Positions 8,833 to 19,231 are shown, numbered from the stretch's first letter. The stretch is DNA of 64,000 nucleotides from an uncultured Clostridia bacterium (GCA_944383415.1 CALWPK010000004.1:44197-108196), one strand, 5' to 3'. Notes: generated from the sequence alone by a model not told the origin. Translations and numbers: made by a program.

Positions 8833-9046
8833 ATAAATATGATATCATAAATTGGGTAAATTGTAAATATTAAAATTGCAATTTCAATCATTATTTGATT
8901 TTTAACACGACAAAAGGATTCTCATCTTCTCTTAATTATTTATAAAATCAAAATACAAAATATTAAAAATTGAAGAAATAAAACAAAATATTGATGTTTT
9001 ATTAATATTTTTCATAAAAAAATTTAGAAAATTTTTAAATTTAAGG

Positions 9047-9073
9047 TTGAATTTTTATTTTTCGTGATATAAT
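9047..9073 (+). promoter_or_regulatory. sigma-A-like promoter with extended -10
   Basis: ttgaat (9047-9052), a 15-nt spacer, then tgatataat (TGn + tataat, 9065-9073). It lies 18 nt upstream of the ATG at 9091, with SD gaggtg at 9081-9086. Confidence 0.5.
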
Positions 9074-9090
9074 TATAGCCGAGGTGAAAT

Positions 9091-10407
9091 ATGAACGAAT
9101 TTAAAACTATTCCAATTACCCTAGTCACAGGTTATTTAGGAAGCGGGAAAACCACATTGCTAAATCACATTTTAACCAACACAAAAGGATATAAAGTGGC
9201 AGTCATCGTAAACGATATTGGCGAAGTGAATATAGATGCGGATTTGATTGAAAAAGGCGGCATTGTAAATAAAAAAGAAGAAAGCTTAGTTGCTCTTCAA
9301 AATGGCTGTATATGTTGCACATTACGTCAAGATCTGATCGAGCAAATACACGACATTGTAAAGCAAAGAAAATTTGACCATATTATTATTGAAGCAAGCG
9401 GAATTTGTGAACCTATTCCAATCGCTCAGACGATCAACTTTTTGACAGAAAGTTTCAAAGCAAAGAAAATGCCAATCTATTGCAAACTTGACGCTATCAT
9501 CAGCGTAGTGGACACTCTCAGAATGGTGCAGGAATTCGGATGTGGAGACGAACTCGTCAAACAAAATATCGGCGAGGAAGATATAGAGAACTTGGTCATT
9601 CAACAGATCGAATTTTGTGATATTTTGATTATGAACAAAGTAAGTGAAGTGAGCGCAGACGAATTGCATAAAGTCAAGAAAATCATAAAAAGTCTACAGC
9701 CAAAAGCAAAATTGATTGAGACAGATTATTCAAATGTGGATATTTCAGAAATCCTTGACACCGATCTTTTCGATATGGAAAATCTCTTGACATCTGCAGG
9801 CTGGTTCCAGGAATTGGACAAAGATATTGAAGATATCAAGAAAGAAAATGCCGACCTAAGTTTAGATCACCACGAGCATCACCACAATGACGACGAGGAT
9901 GATGACGAAGATGACGAGGACGAGGATGATGAGCATCACGACCACGAAGATGATGAACACGATCATAGCGACCATAAACACAGCAGGCAAAAAGACGATC
10001 ATTCACACCATCATCACCACCATCACGATGAAGGTGGCGAGACCGAAGAATATGGAATCGGCACATTCGTATATTTCAGGAGAGAGCCGTTAGATAGATT
10101 AAAATTCGAAGACTGGGCGAACAAAGATTATGGCAAACAAATTATCCGTACCAAAGGACTACTCTATTTCTCAGACGATTTGCGCACAGCGTACTTATAC
10201 GAGCAAGCGGGCAGGCAAAAAGTCCTAACAGACAATGGTCCGTGGTACGCCACATATCCAAGATATCAAATAGAACAACTTTTGCTAAATGACGAAAAAT
10301 TCAGATCTGATTGGGACGAAAAATATGGGGACAGAATGATAAAATTGGTATTCATTGGTCAACATATAGACAAGAAAAAAATTAGCGAAGAATTGGATAA
10401 AATTTAA
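9091..10407 (+). CDS. COG0523/CobW-family G3E GTPase metallochaperone with His/Asp-rich insert
   Basis: Motifs are GYLGSGKTTLLNHIL (P-loop) and GCICCTLR (CxCC). An internal ~65-aa tract reads HHEHHHNDDEDDDEDDEDEDDEHHDHEDDEHDHSDHKHS..HSHHHHHHHDE. A CobW C-terminal-like end follows. Confidence 0.9.
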   Translation: MNEFKTIPITLVTGYLGSGKTTLLNHILTNTKGYKVAVIVNDIGEVNIDADLIEKGGIVNKKEESLVALQNGCICCTLRQDLIEQIHDIVKQRKFDHIIIEASGICEPIPIAQTINFLTESFKAKKMPIYCKLDAIISVVDTLRMVQEFGCGDELVKQNIGEEDIENLVIQQIEFCDILIMNKVSEVSADELHKVKKIIKSLQPKAKLIETDYSNVDISEILDTDLFDMENLLTSAGWFQELDKDIEDIKKENADLSLDHHEHHHNDDEDDDEDDEDEDDEHHDHEDDEHDHSDHKHSRQKDDHSHHHHHHHDEGGETEEYGIGTFVYFRREPLDRLKFEDWANKDYGKQIIRTKGLLYFSDDLRTAYLYEQAGRQKVLTDNGPWYATYPRYQIEQLLLNDEKFRSDWDEKYGDRMIKLVFIGQHIDKKKISEELDKI

Positions 10408-10935
10408 TTAAAAATATTTAAACTAAATAATATCAATGATTTGTAGAAAAAACCATTAAAAAAATTAAAAACAATTAAAAACAATAAAAAATAACGAAAA
10501 ATAACGAAAAATAACGAAAAATAACGAAAAATTAATAAAAAATGATGAAAATTATAGAAAATAATCAAAAAAATAAATAAAAATAATAAATCAAAAATAT
10601 TTTTATGAATATACTATAATAAAAAATGACAAAAACTAATAAATAAAACTATATTAAATTTAATAATTACTTATTTTATCATTTATATAAATTAGAATAA
10701 AAGAAAAATACTATTTATTTTATTTTTGATATGATTATGCAATTTATTTTATCAATAAAATAGATTAAAATATAATTTTATCATCCTTTCAATAATAATA
10801 TTATCGAAATTAATCTTAAATAGTAAATTTATTTATTTTATCTTTATATAATGTTATTAATTTTTTATCATTAATATAAAAAACATTTATTATATCCTTA
10901 TATATCCTTGATACAAAATGAAATTAATTGCATTA
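10408..10935. repeat. A/T island 1 with helically phased A-tracts
   Basis: Almost no G/C across ~530 bp. From 10447 to 10600, nearly every 10-nt block ends in an A4-A7 run (15 consecutive blocks). The right half becomes T-rich. Confidence 0.85.
10491..10530 (+). repeat. perfect 10-bp tandem repeat ATAACGAAAA x4
   Basis: Read directly; flanked by degenerate 10-bp units on both sides. Confidence 0.95.
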
Positions 10936-10980
10936 AAAATCTCTGTTGAAACATTGTGGTCAACCCAACAGAGATTTTTT
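10935..10980 (-). terminator. rho-independent terminator, usable in both directions
   Basis: aaaaatctctgttg (10935-10948) pairs with caacagagattttt (10966-10979). It lies 19 nt downstream of the minus-strand stop at 10998. Confidence 0.7.
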
Positions 10981-10997
10981 CTTCATATTAAACCTCT

Positions 10998-11639
10998 CTA
11001 GCAACTGGTGCCGAAGAGCCATTCGTCGATTATATCGCTCTCGGTCTTTTCCCTTTTGAATGTAGACAAAATTTCCCTCAATCCATCTTCTCTATTTTGA
11101 TTCAAAATTTTGATATCATTTCTTAGTTTTTTGTAGGTCGTCAAATTCTTCTTGACCTGACCATCATAATGATACTGTGGATACGCAATGCATTCACCAA
11201 GCCTCGCCTCAAAACACTTTTTGAATTCTGGATCGTTCAAGAGTTTGGTGTTTTCCCTCTCATATCCGAAAGTCTCTACAAACCAATTGATACTTTCAAG
11301 AGTGTAGACATTATCATTCAAATAAATCGCTTTCAAAAACTCCATTCTAAAACTTTTGTTTCTCTTCAAATTTTCATTCACAAAATTATAAAAATAATTT
11401 GTACAATCTTTCGGATTCGGAGAAATCGATGCACATCTGATCAAAAACTCTGAATTGTCCATCAAATTTTTGAAATTCTCTAGCGACTTATGATCAAAAT
11501 ATTCTACAATTTTATAACCATAGTCTTCGCATTCTCTACCGCACGGCTTGACCGCTCTGCCTGCTATAATATTTTTATTTGCTCTTTTAAACCCGCCACT
11601 TTCTACGAATTTTTCGAATCTAACTCTTTCTTCAATCAT
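10998..11639 (-). CDS. hypothetical protein
   Basis: The ORF track starts at 11693. I prefer the ATG at 11639 (MIEERVRFEKF) because aagggag lies 7 nt upstream. No motif recognised. Confidence 0.5.
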   Translation of the reverse strand: MIEERVRFEKFVESGGFKRANKNIIAGRAVKPCGRECEDYGYKIVEYFDHKSLENFKNLMDNSEFLIRCASISPNPKDCTNYFYNFVNENLKRNKSFRMEFLKAIYLNDNVYTLESINWFVETFGYERENTKLLNDPEFKKCFEARLGECIAYPQYHYDGQVKKNLTTYKKLRNDIKILNQNREDGLREILSTFKREKTESDIIDEWLFGTSC

Positions 11640-11786
11640 TTCTACTCCCTTTTCTTGAATGATATCATTGAACGGACACGTTGTCAATAGCAAAACGAAA
11701 ATAAATCAATGGAAAATTTTGTCTAGACAAAAAAAAATTTAATCTACAAATATTGAAAAATCTTTCAAATATGCTATAATATTAAT

Positions 11787-12326
11787 ATGAAGATAATTGT
11801 AGGGCTAGGAAACCCTGAGGGGAAATATAATAACACGTATCACAACGTTGGATTTTCAGTTGTAGATATGTTTGCCACGAAAAAGGGACTAAAATTTAGC
11901 AAAAATAAATGTAGGGCGCTCATAGCCGTAGGAGACGGATACATTTTAGCAAAACCACAAACTTATATGAATAATTCTGGTGACAGCGTGTATGAACTGA
12001 AAAAATATTTCAAAGTACCATTGAGCGACATATTAATTGTGCTGGATGATATAGATCTACCTAAAGGTAAAATTAGATTCCGCCTATCTGGCTCTGCTGG
12101 AACGCACAATGGGCTGAGAGACATAGTCAGTAAGGTAGGTTCCACCCCACGCTTGAAAATTGGGATCAGTAGAGACGAAAGTATGAGTCTTGCTGATTAT
12201 GTGCTTTCCTCTATCGACAGCAAGAGTAAAGAATTATTGTCCGCTTCATACGTCACGGCGACTGATTTGATTGAAAAATTTATCAATGGAGAATTATGTC
12301 AAGACCTAACGATTTGCAACAATTAA
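11787..12326 (+). CDS. pth: peptidyl-tRNA hydrolase
   Basis: VGLGNPEGKYNNTYHNVGF and GTHNGLRD motifs, 179 aa, upstream of mfd as in many Bacillota. Confidence 0.95.
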   Translation: MKIIVGLGNPEGKYNNTYHNVGFSVVDMFATKKGLKFSKNKCRALIAVGDGYILAKPQTYMNNSGDSVYELKKYFKVPLSDILIVLDDIDLPKGKIRFRLSGSAGTHNGLRDIVSKVGSTPRLKIGISRDESMSLADYVLSSIDSKSKELLSASYVTATDLIEKFINGELCQDLTICNN

Positions 12327-15300
12327 TAAACAAACAACCTATATTTTGCAACAATTTAGGTTTTGGAGAACAGGGTGCCATTTTGTCTAAACTGGACACC
12401 GCAATTTTTCTTTGCCCAAATATAGAAAAATCCAATGATCTCAGCGCCCAACTCACATCACTTGGGAAAGAAAATGTTGTAATCAACGATTTTGACAAGC
12501 CGTTTACCCTATCTAAATTCTCGAGTTCGGACAACAAATATGATCTGATAAACGCGCTATTCAAAATCTCCACTTCGAACATTATTTTGATCTCTACACC
12601 GCGAATTCTATTCTCTTTCCTGCCCGATATTGAAAAATTCAAAAGCAGTATAATTGAAATAAAAAAGAATGACGATATTGATATAATTGAATTGGAAAAA
12701 CGTTTGATAGAATTGGGATATAAAAAATCGGATATGGTAACATATCGGGGCGAATTTTCTAGACGCGGAGATGTTTTGGATATCTTCAATGTGATAGATG
12801 ATAACCCTACTCGTTTGGACTTTTTTGATACAAATATTGATGACATTTATACATTTGATTTCCTCACTTTCGAGCATACTGAAAAATTGAATGAAATCAA
12901 GATTGCTCCTAACAAATTAAATTTTTTTGACACCTCAGAAACGATCTCAAAATTGAATGAATTAAAATTGGATAACAATGTTTTTTTCGACCTCATAAAC
13001 GCTATAGAACGATCTGACGATGTTCCTCTAGAATTTTTATATCCATTTTCAGACTCTATCAATACGATCGCAGAAATTGATTATCCAATAATTATTTCTA
13101 ATGAAATCGAATTTGAAAATATTTATGCAGAATTTGGAAAAAATTTTTTAGAAAAAATTAATTTGATATTTAAAAAAGAAAATATTATAAAAATTTATGA
13201 AAATAATCAAAAAATACTTAATTTAAGCGATTTTTTCAATAAATATATAAATAAATTAATATTTTTTGATAATTATGATTTGAATAATACAGATTTGAAA
13301 AACAAATTGAATTCAAACAAAATTATTTCCATAAATTATAATACAAAAAATTTTCCATCATTTTTATACAACCTAGAATCTCTACAATTGGAATTAAATA
13401 AATTCAAAGATAAACAAATCTATTTATGTCTATCCAATCTTGACACCTTGAATTCAATCAAAAAGATTTTTACCGAGCGAAACATACCATTTTCTACAAA
13501 CAAAAACTCGAAAGGTATTATTTTGACTGAGTTGAATATACCATATAATATTTGTTTTGCAGACGAAGAAAAATTTTATATCGGTAGCACAAATTTTGCT
13601 CACAAAAAGGCTCCTATCAAGCACACAAATCAGACGATCAAATATCTACCAAAAGCAGGTGAATATGTCGTGCATAGCACTTATGGAATCGGCAAGTGCG
13701 AGGGTATTGTCAATATGCAAGTCTCTGGTGTGGATAAAGAATTTTTCAAAATCATTTATCGCGGAAATGATATTCTTTATGTTCCTTATGAAAATGCGGA
13801 TCTTTTGTCTCTATATATGACCGAAGGTGCATCTGTAACATTGAATAAATTGGGAGGCAAAGAATTCTACAACGAAAAGTTGAAAGCCATCAAGTCAATT
13901 GAGGATATGAGCAAAGACCTACTGGAACTATATGCCAAGCGTAAGTCCGCAAAAGGATTCAAGTATAGCGAAGACGATTATTTGTATACCGAATTTGAAA
14001 ATGCTTTTGAATACACTGAGACGGCGGATCAACTGCAAGCGATCGCGGATGTAAAAAATGATATGTGTTCTGGCAAAGTGATGGATCGACTAATATGTGG
14101 AGATGTCGGATTTGGGAAAACTGAAGTGGCAATGCGTGCACTCTTCAAGGCGGTGGAAAACAACAAGCAAGTAGCCATTCTTGCCCCTACGACAATCCTA
14201 AGTTTGCAACACTACAATACCGCAAGCAAACGCACAAAAGATTTTGGTGTCAGTGTGGAAATGTTGAATCGTTTTCGCTCAAGCAAAGAGCAAAAAAAGA
14301 TTTTGGAAGATCTTTCAAGTGGAAAATTGAACGTCATCTGCGGAACGCATAGATTGCTATCAAAGGATGTCAAATTCAAAGATTTAGGACTTCTGATTCT
14401 TGACGAAGAACAGCGTTTCGGTGTGAAAGCGAAAGAGCAAATCAAACAGATGAAGACGAATGTTGATGTGCTGACATTATCCGCCACTCCTATCCCTAGA
14501 ACTCTCAGTATGACACTGATGACGATACGCGATATTAGCATTATCAACACCCCTCCAGTGAACCGACTACCCGTCAAGACCTATGTAATGACATATAATG
14601 AAGATGTGGTGGTGAATGCTATTCAAGATGAGTTGGCACGAGGTGGTCAAACATTGATCGTGTATAACAATATCGAAAAAATATATACATTATCGAATAG
14701 ATTGGAATCTATAGTGAATAATGAAAATGCGCATTTTGATGTGGCACACGGTCAGATGAGCGAGGTCGCACTAGAAAATGCTATCAAACGTCTGTATGAC
14801 AAAGAGACAAATGTCTTTGTTTCTACCACATTGATCGAAAACGGAATTGACCTACCTAGAGCAAACACTCTCATCGTAATTGATAGCGACAAATTGGGCC
14901 TTAGTCAGATGTATCAATTGCGCGGACGCGTTGGTAGAAATAATGAGCAGGCCTACGCATATTTTACTTACAACAAAGAAAAAACATTGACCATTGAGGC
15001 ATCAAATAGACTGCAAGCCATTGCCGAAAATACAGATCTAGGGAGCGGATTCAAAATAGCGATGAGAGATATGCAGATTCGTGGCGCTGGCGAACTATTG
15101 GGTAAAGTTCAGCACGGACACATGATAAAAATAGGATATGACACTTATGCGCGTCTACTAAGCGAAACAATAAAACGCTTGAAAGGTGAAAAAGTAGAGA
15201 CCTCGCGCGAGGTGAAACTTGACATTGCTATCACATCTAAGATCCCATATTCATTCATTTCAGATGAGGCGGAGAGGCTGAAAATCATCGCAAAAATTTC

Positions 15301-15631
15301 AAATATAATTGACAAGACGAGTGCGAAAACCATATTAAACGAACTAGCGATAAATTATGGAAAACTTCCAAAAGAGATATACAATTTGACCAATCTCGCC
15401 ATAGTCAAAGCCTACGCAAAGAAAAATGATGTGAAGACGATCACTATCACGAAATATAATATGAAAATCGTCTACTACGAAGATATTGATATCAAGAAAT
15501 TGATGGCGAAAATGAACAAATTTTCGCACTTCAAATTCGAAAACACTGCTCTTCCTACGATATCTTTGAATCCTCAATATTTCAGCGTACAAACTGCGGT
15601 GAATTATATAATTGAATATCTGAATAGTTAA
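12296..15631 (+). CDS. mfd: transcription-repair coupling factor
   Basis: 1111 aa. Motifs include a CarD-like segment (YVVHSTYGIGKC), helicase Walker A GDVGFGKTEVAMRA, and DEEQRFGV. It overlaps the pth end by 31 nt. Confidence 0.95.
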   Translation: MSRPNDLQQLINKQPIFCNNLGFGEQGAILSKLDTAIFLCPNIEKSNDLSAQLTSLGKENVVINDFDKPFTLSKFSSSDNKYDLINALFKISTSNIILISTPRILFSFLPDIEKFKSSIIEIKKNDDIDIIELEKRLIELGYKKSDMVTYRGEFSRRGDVLDIFNVIDDNPTRLDFFDTNIDDIYTFDFLTFEHTEKLNEIKIAPNKLNFFDTSETISKLNELKLDNNVFFDLINAIERSDDVPLEFLYPFSDSINTIAEIDYPIIISNEIEFENIYAEFGKNFLEKINLIFKKENIIKIYENNQKILNLSDFFNKYINKLIFFDNYDLNNTDLKNKLNSNKIISINYNTKNFPSFLYNLESLQLELNKFKDKQIYLCLSNLDTLNSIKKIFTERNIPFSTNKNSKGIILTELNIPYNICFADEEKFYIGSTNFAHKKAPIKHTNQTIKYLPKAGEYVVHSTYGIGKCEGIVNMQVSGVDKEFFKIIYRGNDILYVPYENADLLSLYMTEGASVTLNKLGGKEFYNEKLKAIKSIEDMSKDLLELYAKRKSAKGFKYSEDDYLYTEFENAFEYTETADQLQAIADVKNDMCSGKVMDRLICGDVGFGKTEVAMRALFKAVENNKQVAILAPTTILSLQHYNTASKRTKDFGVSVEMLNRFRSSKEQKKILEDLSSGKLNVICGTHRLLSKDVKFKDLGLLILDEEQRFGVKAKEQIKQMKTNVDVLTLSATPIPRTLSMTLMTIRDISIINTPPVNRLPVKTYVMTYNEDVVVNAIQDELARGGQTLIVYNNIEKIYTLSNRLESIVNNENAHFDVAHGQMSEVALENAIKRLYDKETNVFVSTTLIENGIDLPRANTLIVIDSDKLGLSQMYQLRGRVGRNNEQAYAYFTYNKEKTLTIEASNRLQAIAENTDLGSGFKIAMRDMQIRGAGELLGKVQHGHMIKIGYDTYARLLSETIKRLKGEKVETSREVKLDIAITSKIPYSFISDEAERLKIIAKISNIIDKTSAKTILNELAINYGKLPKEIYNLTNLAIVKAYAKKNDVKTITITKYNMKIVYYEDIDIKKLMAKMNKFSHFKFENTALPTISLNPQYFSVQTAVNYIIEYLNS

Positions 15632-15705
15632 TCAAAATTCTTGCTTTTTATTATAATTTATATTATAATAGTCAATGATATTATTATACTTCTTGGGAGA
15701 ATAAC

Positions 15706-17583
15706 GTGAAAAAATTATCTGCAATATTGTTATGCTGTTTAATGATCATTACCTGCTCTCTTGCTGGGTGTGCTACTTTTTCAATAGATAGGGTGAAATA
15801 TTATAATGAGGTCGTGGCGACTGTTGGTGAAAAGAACATCAAGCGAGCAGACCTTCTTTCAGCATACAGAAGTTATGGTTCTACTTATTTCGTCACTCAA
15901 AGTAATCAGTCTGAAACTGAGGCTATGAACAACACTTTAGATATCTTAATCGATAGAGAACTATTGTATCAGTACGCTTTGGACAATGATAATATATATC
16001 GTCCTACTGCATATCAAATAAATGAAGCCATTCAGTCTATGTTTGATTCACTAGACGAAGAGTTGGAAGATTATGTAGATGAGGCAAAAAACATCTTGAA
16101 TATCAAAACCGATTCTACCTCAACTAGTAATTCTTCTGAAGATGAGACCGCTTATTTATATAAAGATTATGTGTACAAAAAACGTGCGACTGTGGAAGTG
16201 AGATATTATACAGATGCTACTAAAAAAACTATTTCATCTACAAAGACCGAATTCAAAGAATATTATATCCAATATATTACTGAAGAGGAACCTGCATTCG
16301 ATCCGTTGATTGATATTTCATATTTAAACGACTTCACTTCAAACGACGTGGTTGATGCATTAATTGAAAAATATTTTTCTGATTTCAAAGAAAATTTAAG
16401 TTATGAAGAGAAGAGTGAAAATGTAGATTTGATTTACAACAAAGTTCTATCCTTGATGGCTGAAGATTTGCGTAGTTATGAATATTACTTGCGTGACGAA
16501 AATGGCAAAGAATATTCAAAGGATACAGATAGTCTTATCTATAGATATTTTGAACGTAATTTCCAATCACAAATTGAATCCACATATCTAACCAATATTC
16601 AAACCTATTTTTTGGAAAAGGAAGATCTGAGCATTCAAGCATTGATAGACGAGTATAACTATCTCACAGAATCTAGTTATTTGAAATATAAAAATCACGA
16701 AGAGACATACAAAACCGATCTGCAAGGGATCGGTACAGACGCTGACACAATTTATTATCACCCTACGAATTTAAACGATGGTACGAAATTTGGATATGTA
16801 CTTCACACACTCATCTCGGTGGATGGACTGGACGACGCCTTGACCGCTCTTGATTCAGACGCAGAGATCGTAGCGAATCCTGACCTGTACGAACAAAGAT
16901 ACAACGAAATAATCACCGAATATCTATCAGACCTATCTGTACCTGTTCGTAATCCTAAAACTGGGCTCGTAGATTCCGAAACGAATTTCAACACTGTTTT
17001 GAACGAATATAGCGAAATCACCAAAATCTCAGATTATCAAACCAAACTAGATAAGTTCATAGAATTTATGTTCAAATATACTGGAGACTATGAATCATCC
17101 TTAGTATCTGGTATGCCGTATGTAGTCGGCACAAATGGATATAGTGATATGGCTGAAGCATTCACAGAAGAAGCAGTACGGTTGATAAGCGAAGGCGTCA
17201 AGGGCGGTACTACAATTGCATCTACAGACAATCTATGTGTATCAAACTATGGCGTGCATTTCTTATTCTATGTAGGAGATGTTGGGTCGACTGATTATTA
17301 TATTCCTTATAGCGACAGAGGTGCTGTGTATATTCAAAAAGACAACAAAACTTCAGATAATGGAAGATACAATTTGTATTATAAAATTCTAAATCCAATG
17401 ACTGGAGAAACTTATTTTGATATGTTGTTTGATGCAGTCTACCCTGCCGAAAGTGACGAATCTAATTATACATCAAATACAGGCTACTCAGACTATGAAG
17501 AACAACTAATCAATACTAGTAGTGATAAGCACAAAGTAGTCAAATATACTACAAAAATCAATTCTACCAGATCAAGTATATAA
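15706..17583 (+). CDS. lipoprotein, SurA-N/PrsA-like
   Basis: GTG start with SD gggaga. Lipobox SLAGC. The N-terminal VATVGEKNIKRADLL segment resembles the PrsA/SurA N-domain, and YGVHFLFYVGD recalls a parvulin-like strand. Function is uncertain. Confidence 0.55.
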   Translation: MKKLSAILLCCLMIITCSLAGCATFSIDRVKYYNEVVATVGEKNIKRADLLSAYRSYGSTYFVTQSNQSETEAMNNTLDILIDRELLYQYALDNDNIYRPTAYQINEAIQSMFDSLDEELEDYVDEAKNILNIKTDSTSTSNSSEDETAYLYKDYVYKKRATVEVRYYTDATKKTISSTKTEFKEYYIQYITEEEPAFDPLIDISYLNDFTSNDVVDALIEKYFSDFKENLSYEEKSENVDLIYNKVLSLMAEDLRSYEYYLRDENGKEYSKDTDSLIYRYFERNFQSQIESTYLTNIQTYFLEKEDLSIQALIDEYNYLTESSYLKYKNHEETYKTDLQGIGTDADTIYYHPTNLNDGTKFGYVLHTLISVDGLDDALTALDSDAEIVANPDLYEQRYNEIITEYLSDLSVPVRNPKTGLVDSETNFNTVLNEYSEITKISDYQTKLDKFIEFMFKYTGDYESSLVSGMPYVVGTNGYSDMAEAFTEEAVRLISEGVKGGTTIASTDNLCVSNYGVHFLFYVGDVGSTDYYIPYSDRGAVYIQKDNKTSDNGRYNLYYKILNPMTGETYFDMLFDAVYPAESDESNYTSNTGYSDYEEQLINTSSDKHKVVKYTTKINSTRSSI

Positions 17584-17587
17584 ATCT

Positions 17588-17620
17588 AAAAGAGCATATC
17601 GTATTGATATGCTCTTTTTG
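17588..17620 (+). terminator. rho-independent terminator
   Basis: agagcatatc (17591-17600) pairs with gatatgctct (17606-17615), followed by a T-run. Confidence 0.8.
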
Positions 17621-17972
17621 TTGAAAATCACTGTATACAGAGTCAATTGTCAAAGTATGCCCATCAATAAAAACAAAAATATTATGAATTTGTAATAAAA
17701 ATATTTAATCTAAAATCACGTATAGAATACGCACTATTTAGTCTTGCTTTGATGTCCAATTCATCTGTATATGAAAACAGTCAGTTTGTTATTTTTTTTG
17801 ATTTTGACTGATATTATTTCTACGAATGACAATTATTGTTTTGAAAATAAATTATTTTATCTATTGAACAATACTTACTCTAATATAAAAATTTTTAAAC
17901 ATTTATCATAAAATTTCAGTATAATTTCAATTTTATTTCACAAAATAGATTTATAAATTTAAGGAGAATTTT

Positions 17973-18575
17973 ATGACACATAGCAAATCAAAAACCAGAC
18001 GTGGAGTCTCTGGCTCTACAATTGCGATAATTGCTTTAACTATCTTGTTATTGGCATCCATTGGTATAGGTATCACTCTGGCGTATTTCACGTCAACAGC
18101 AAACGTAACTGGTAATATCACTTTAGGAGATCCTGTCACAATCTCTATCACTCAAGGTGGAGCATCGGTATCATCTCTCACATTTGATGGAGACGCTCTT
18201 CCCGGCACTGTATATAGTCAAGCAATAGGTGTGCAGGCTCCGTCAGAGATGACTGAGGCGTTGATGAGAGCAAAGTTGACGATTACGAACACTGATGGTG
18301 CCACAACTAATGTAGAGGCTAATACTACAGGTGATTGGCGATTAGGAGACGATCAATATCATTACTATAATGGAACTGTGAATGCAGATGATCAAATAGA
18401 CTTTATAACTACAATTACGATTCCAACATCTCTAACCAATGAAGATGCGAATAAAACATATACAATTGACGTAATTGTTGAGACTATTCAACAGGCTAAC
18501 AACGCAGCAAACACTGTATGGAACACAGCACCTAGTGATTGGCTAGATACCTATTCTCCAGTTAGTGAAGATTAA
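17973..18575 (+). CDS. secreted protein with SipW-dependent-type (TasA/camelysin-like) signal peptide
   Basis: The N-terminus SGSTIAIIALTILLLASIGIGITLAYFTSTANVTGNITLG matches the TasA/CalY-type signal layout (hydrophobic core, AYF(T/S)D-like, NxF/ItxG). SD aaggaga. Confidence 0.6.
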   Translation: MTHSKSKTRRGVSGSTIAIIALTILLLASIGIGITLAYFTSTANVTGNITLGDPVTISITQGGASVSSLTFDGDALPGTVYSQAIGVQAPSEMTEALMRAKLTITNTDGATTNVEANTTGDWRLGDDQYHYYNGTVNADDQIDFITTITIPTSLTNEDANKTYTIDVIVETIQQANNAANTVWNTAPSDWLDTYSPVSED

Positions 18576-18643
18576 GATGAAAAATGGATACCTATTTTGA
18601 AGTGTCACTATTTTGTAGACTTCATTCAGGGTATCCATTTTTA

Positions 18644-19231
18644 TTATTTGTCGCCTAAAGATAAATAATCATTGGGATCAACTTTCACTCCATTGACAGT
18701 CATTTCAAAATGAAGGTGCGTGCCAGTAGTTGACTCTTGAGCCATACTATCTGCAACTTGTCCGATGATTTGACCTGCACTGACATTGTCTCCAACCTCA
18801 ACGCTAACTTCGCTATTCAGAGATTTGTAGATTGACACAATTCCGTCAGAATGGCTGATCTCTATGACTGTCCCTTCTAGGTAGTTGGTGTAGACATTCG
18901 AGACTGTTCCGTCTGCTACTGCATAGACATTAAGATCATCACCCGCTTGAAAGTCAATTGCTTTGTGAATTTCCCATTGTCTCAATGTGTCGTTGTACTG
19001 CAATTCACTTCCCGAATAATCTTTGACAATCGTAGCGTTTTGCATAGGGACAACATAAGTAGTAGTTGACACGTCTATACCATCATCACCGATGTCTGCC
19101 CTGTTGTTTGAATTGTTTGTACTAACTAAGGCAATAGTTACCGCACACGCGATCACCAAGATACCTATTAATACGGCATAGACATAATTCATTACTATTT
19201 TTTTCTTTTGTTGAGAGTTCGTTCTGTCCAT
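18644..19231 (-). CDS. membrane-anchored M23 (LytM-type) peptidase
   Basis: N-terminal TM segment, HKAIDF (HxxxD), and GTHLHFEM (HxH). Confidence 0.85.
   Translation of the reverse strand: MDRTNSQQKKKIVMNYVYAVLIGILVIACAVTIALVSTNNSNNRADIGDDGIDVSTTTYVVPMQNATIVKDYSGSELQYNDTLRQWEIHKAIDFQAGDDLNVYAVADGTVSNVYTNYLEGTVIEISHSDGIVSIYKSLNSEVSVEVGDNVSAGQIIGQVADSMAQESTTGTHLHFEMTVNGVKVDPNDYLSLGDK

Noticed and set aside
9000-9090. Zur/Fur-type operator in front of the COG0523 gene.
   Set aside because: Only a partial ttcgtgata half-site-like string overlaps the -10 region, and no palindrome of the TCGTAAT-N-ATTACGA type is present. This is not enough to call.
10408-10935. The A/T islands as CRISPR arrays or as a replication origin (the TTTTATC motifs as DnaA boxes).
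   Set aside because: There are no repeats of 24 nt or more separated by unique spacers, and no cas genes. The motif does not match TTATCCACA. No dnaA or dnaN gene is nearby. Four similar islands in 64 kb cannot all be origins.
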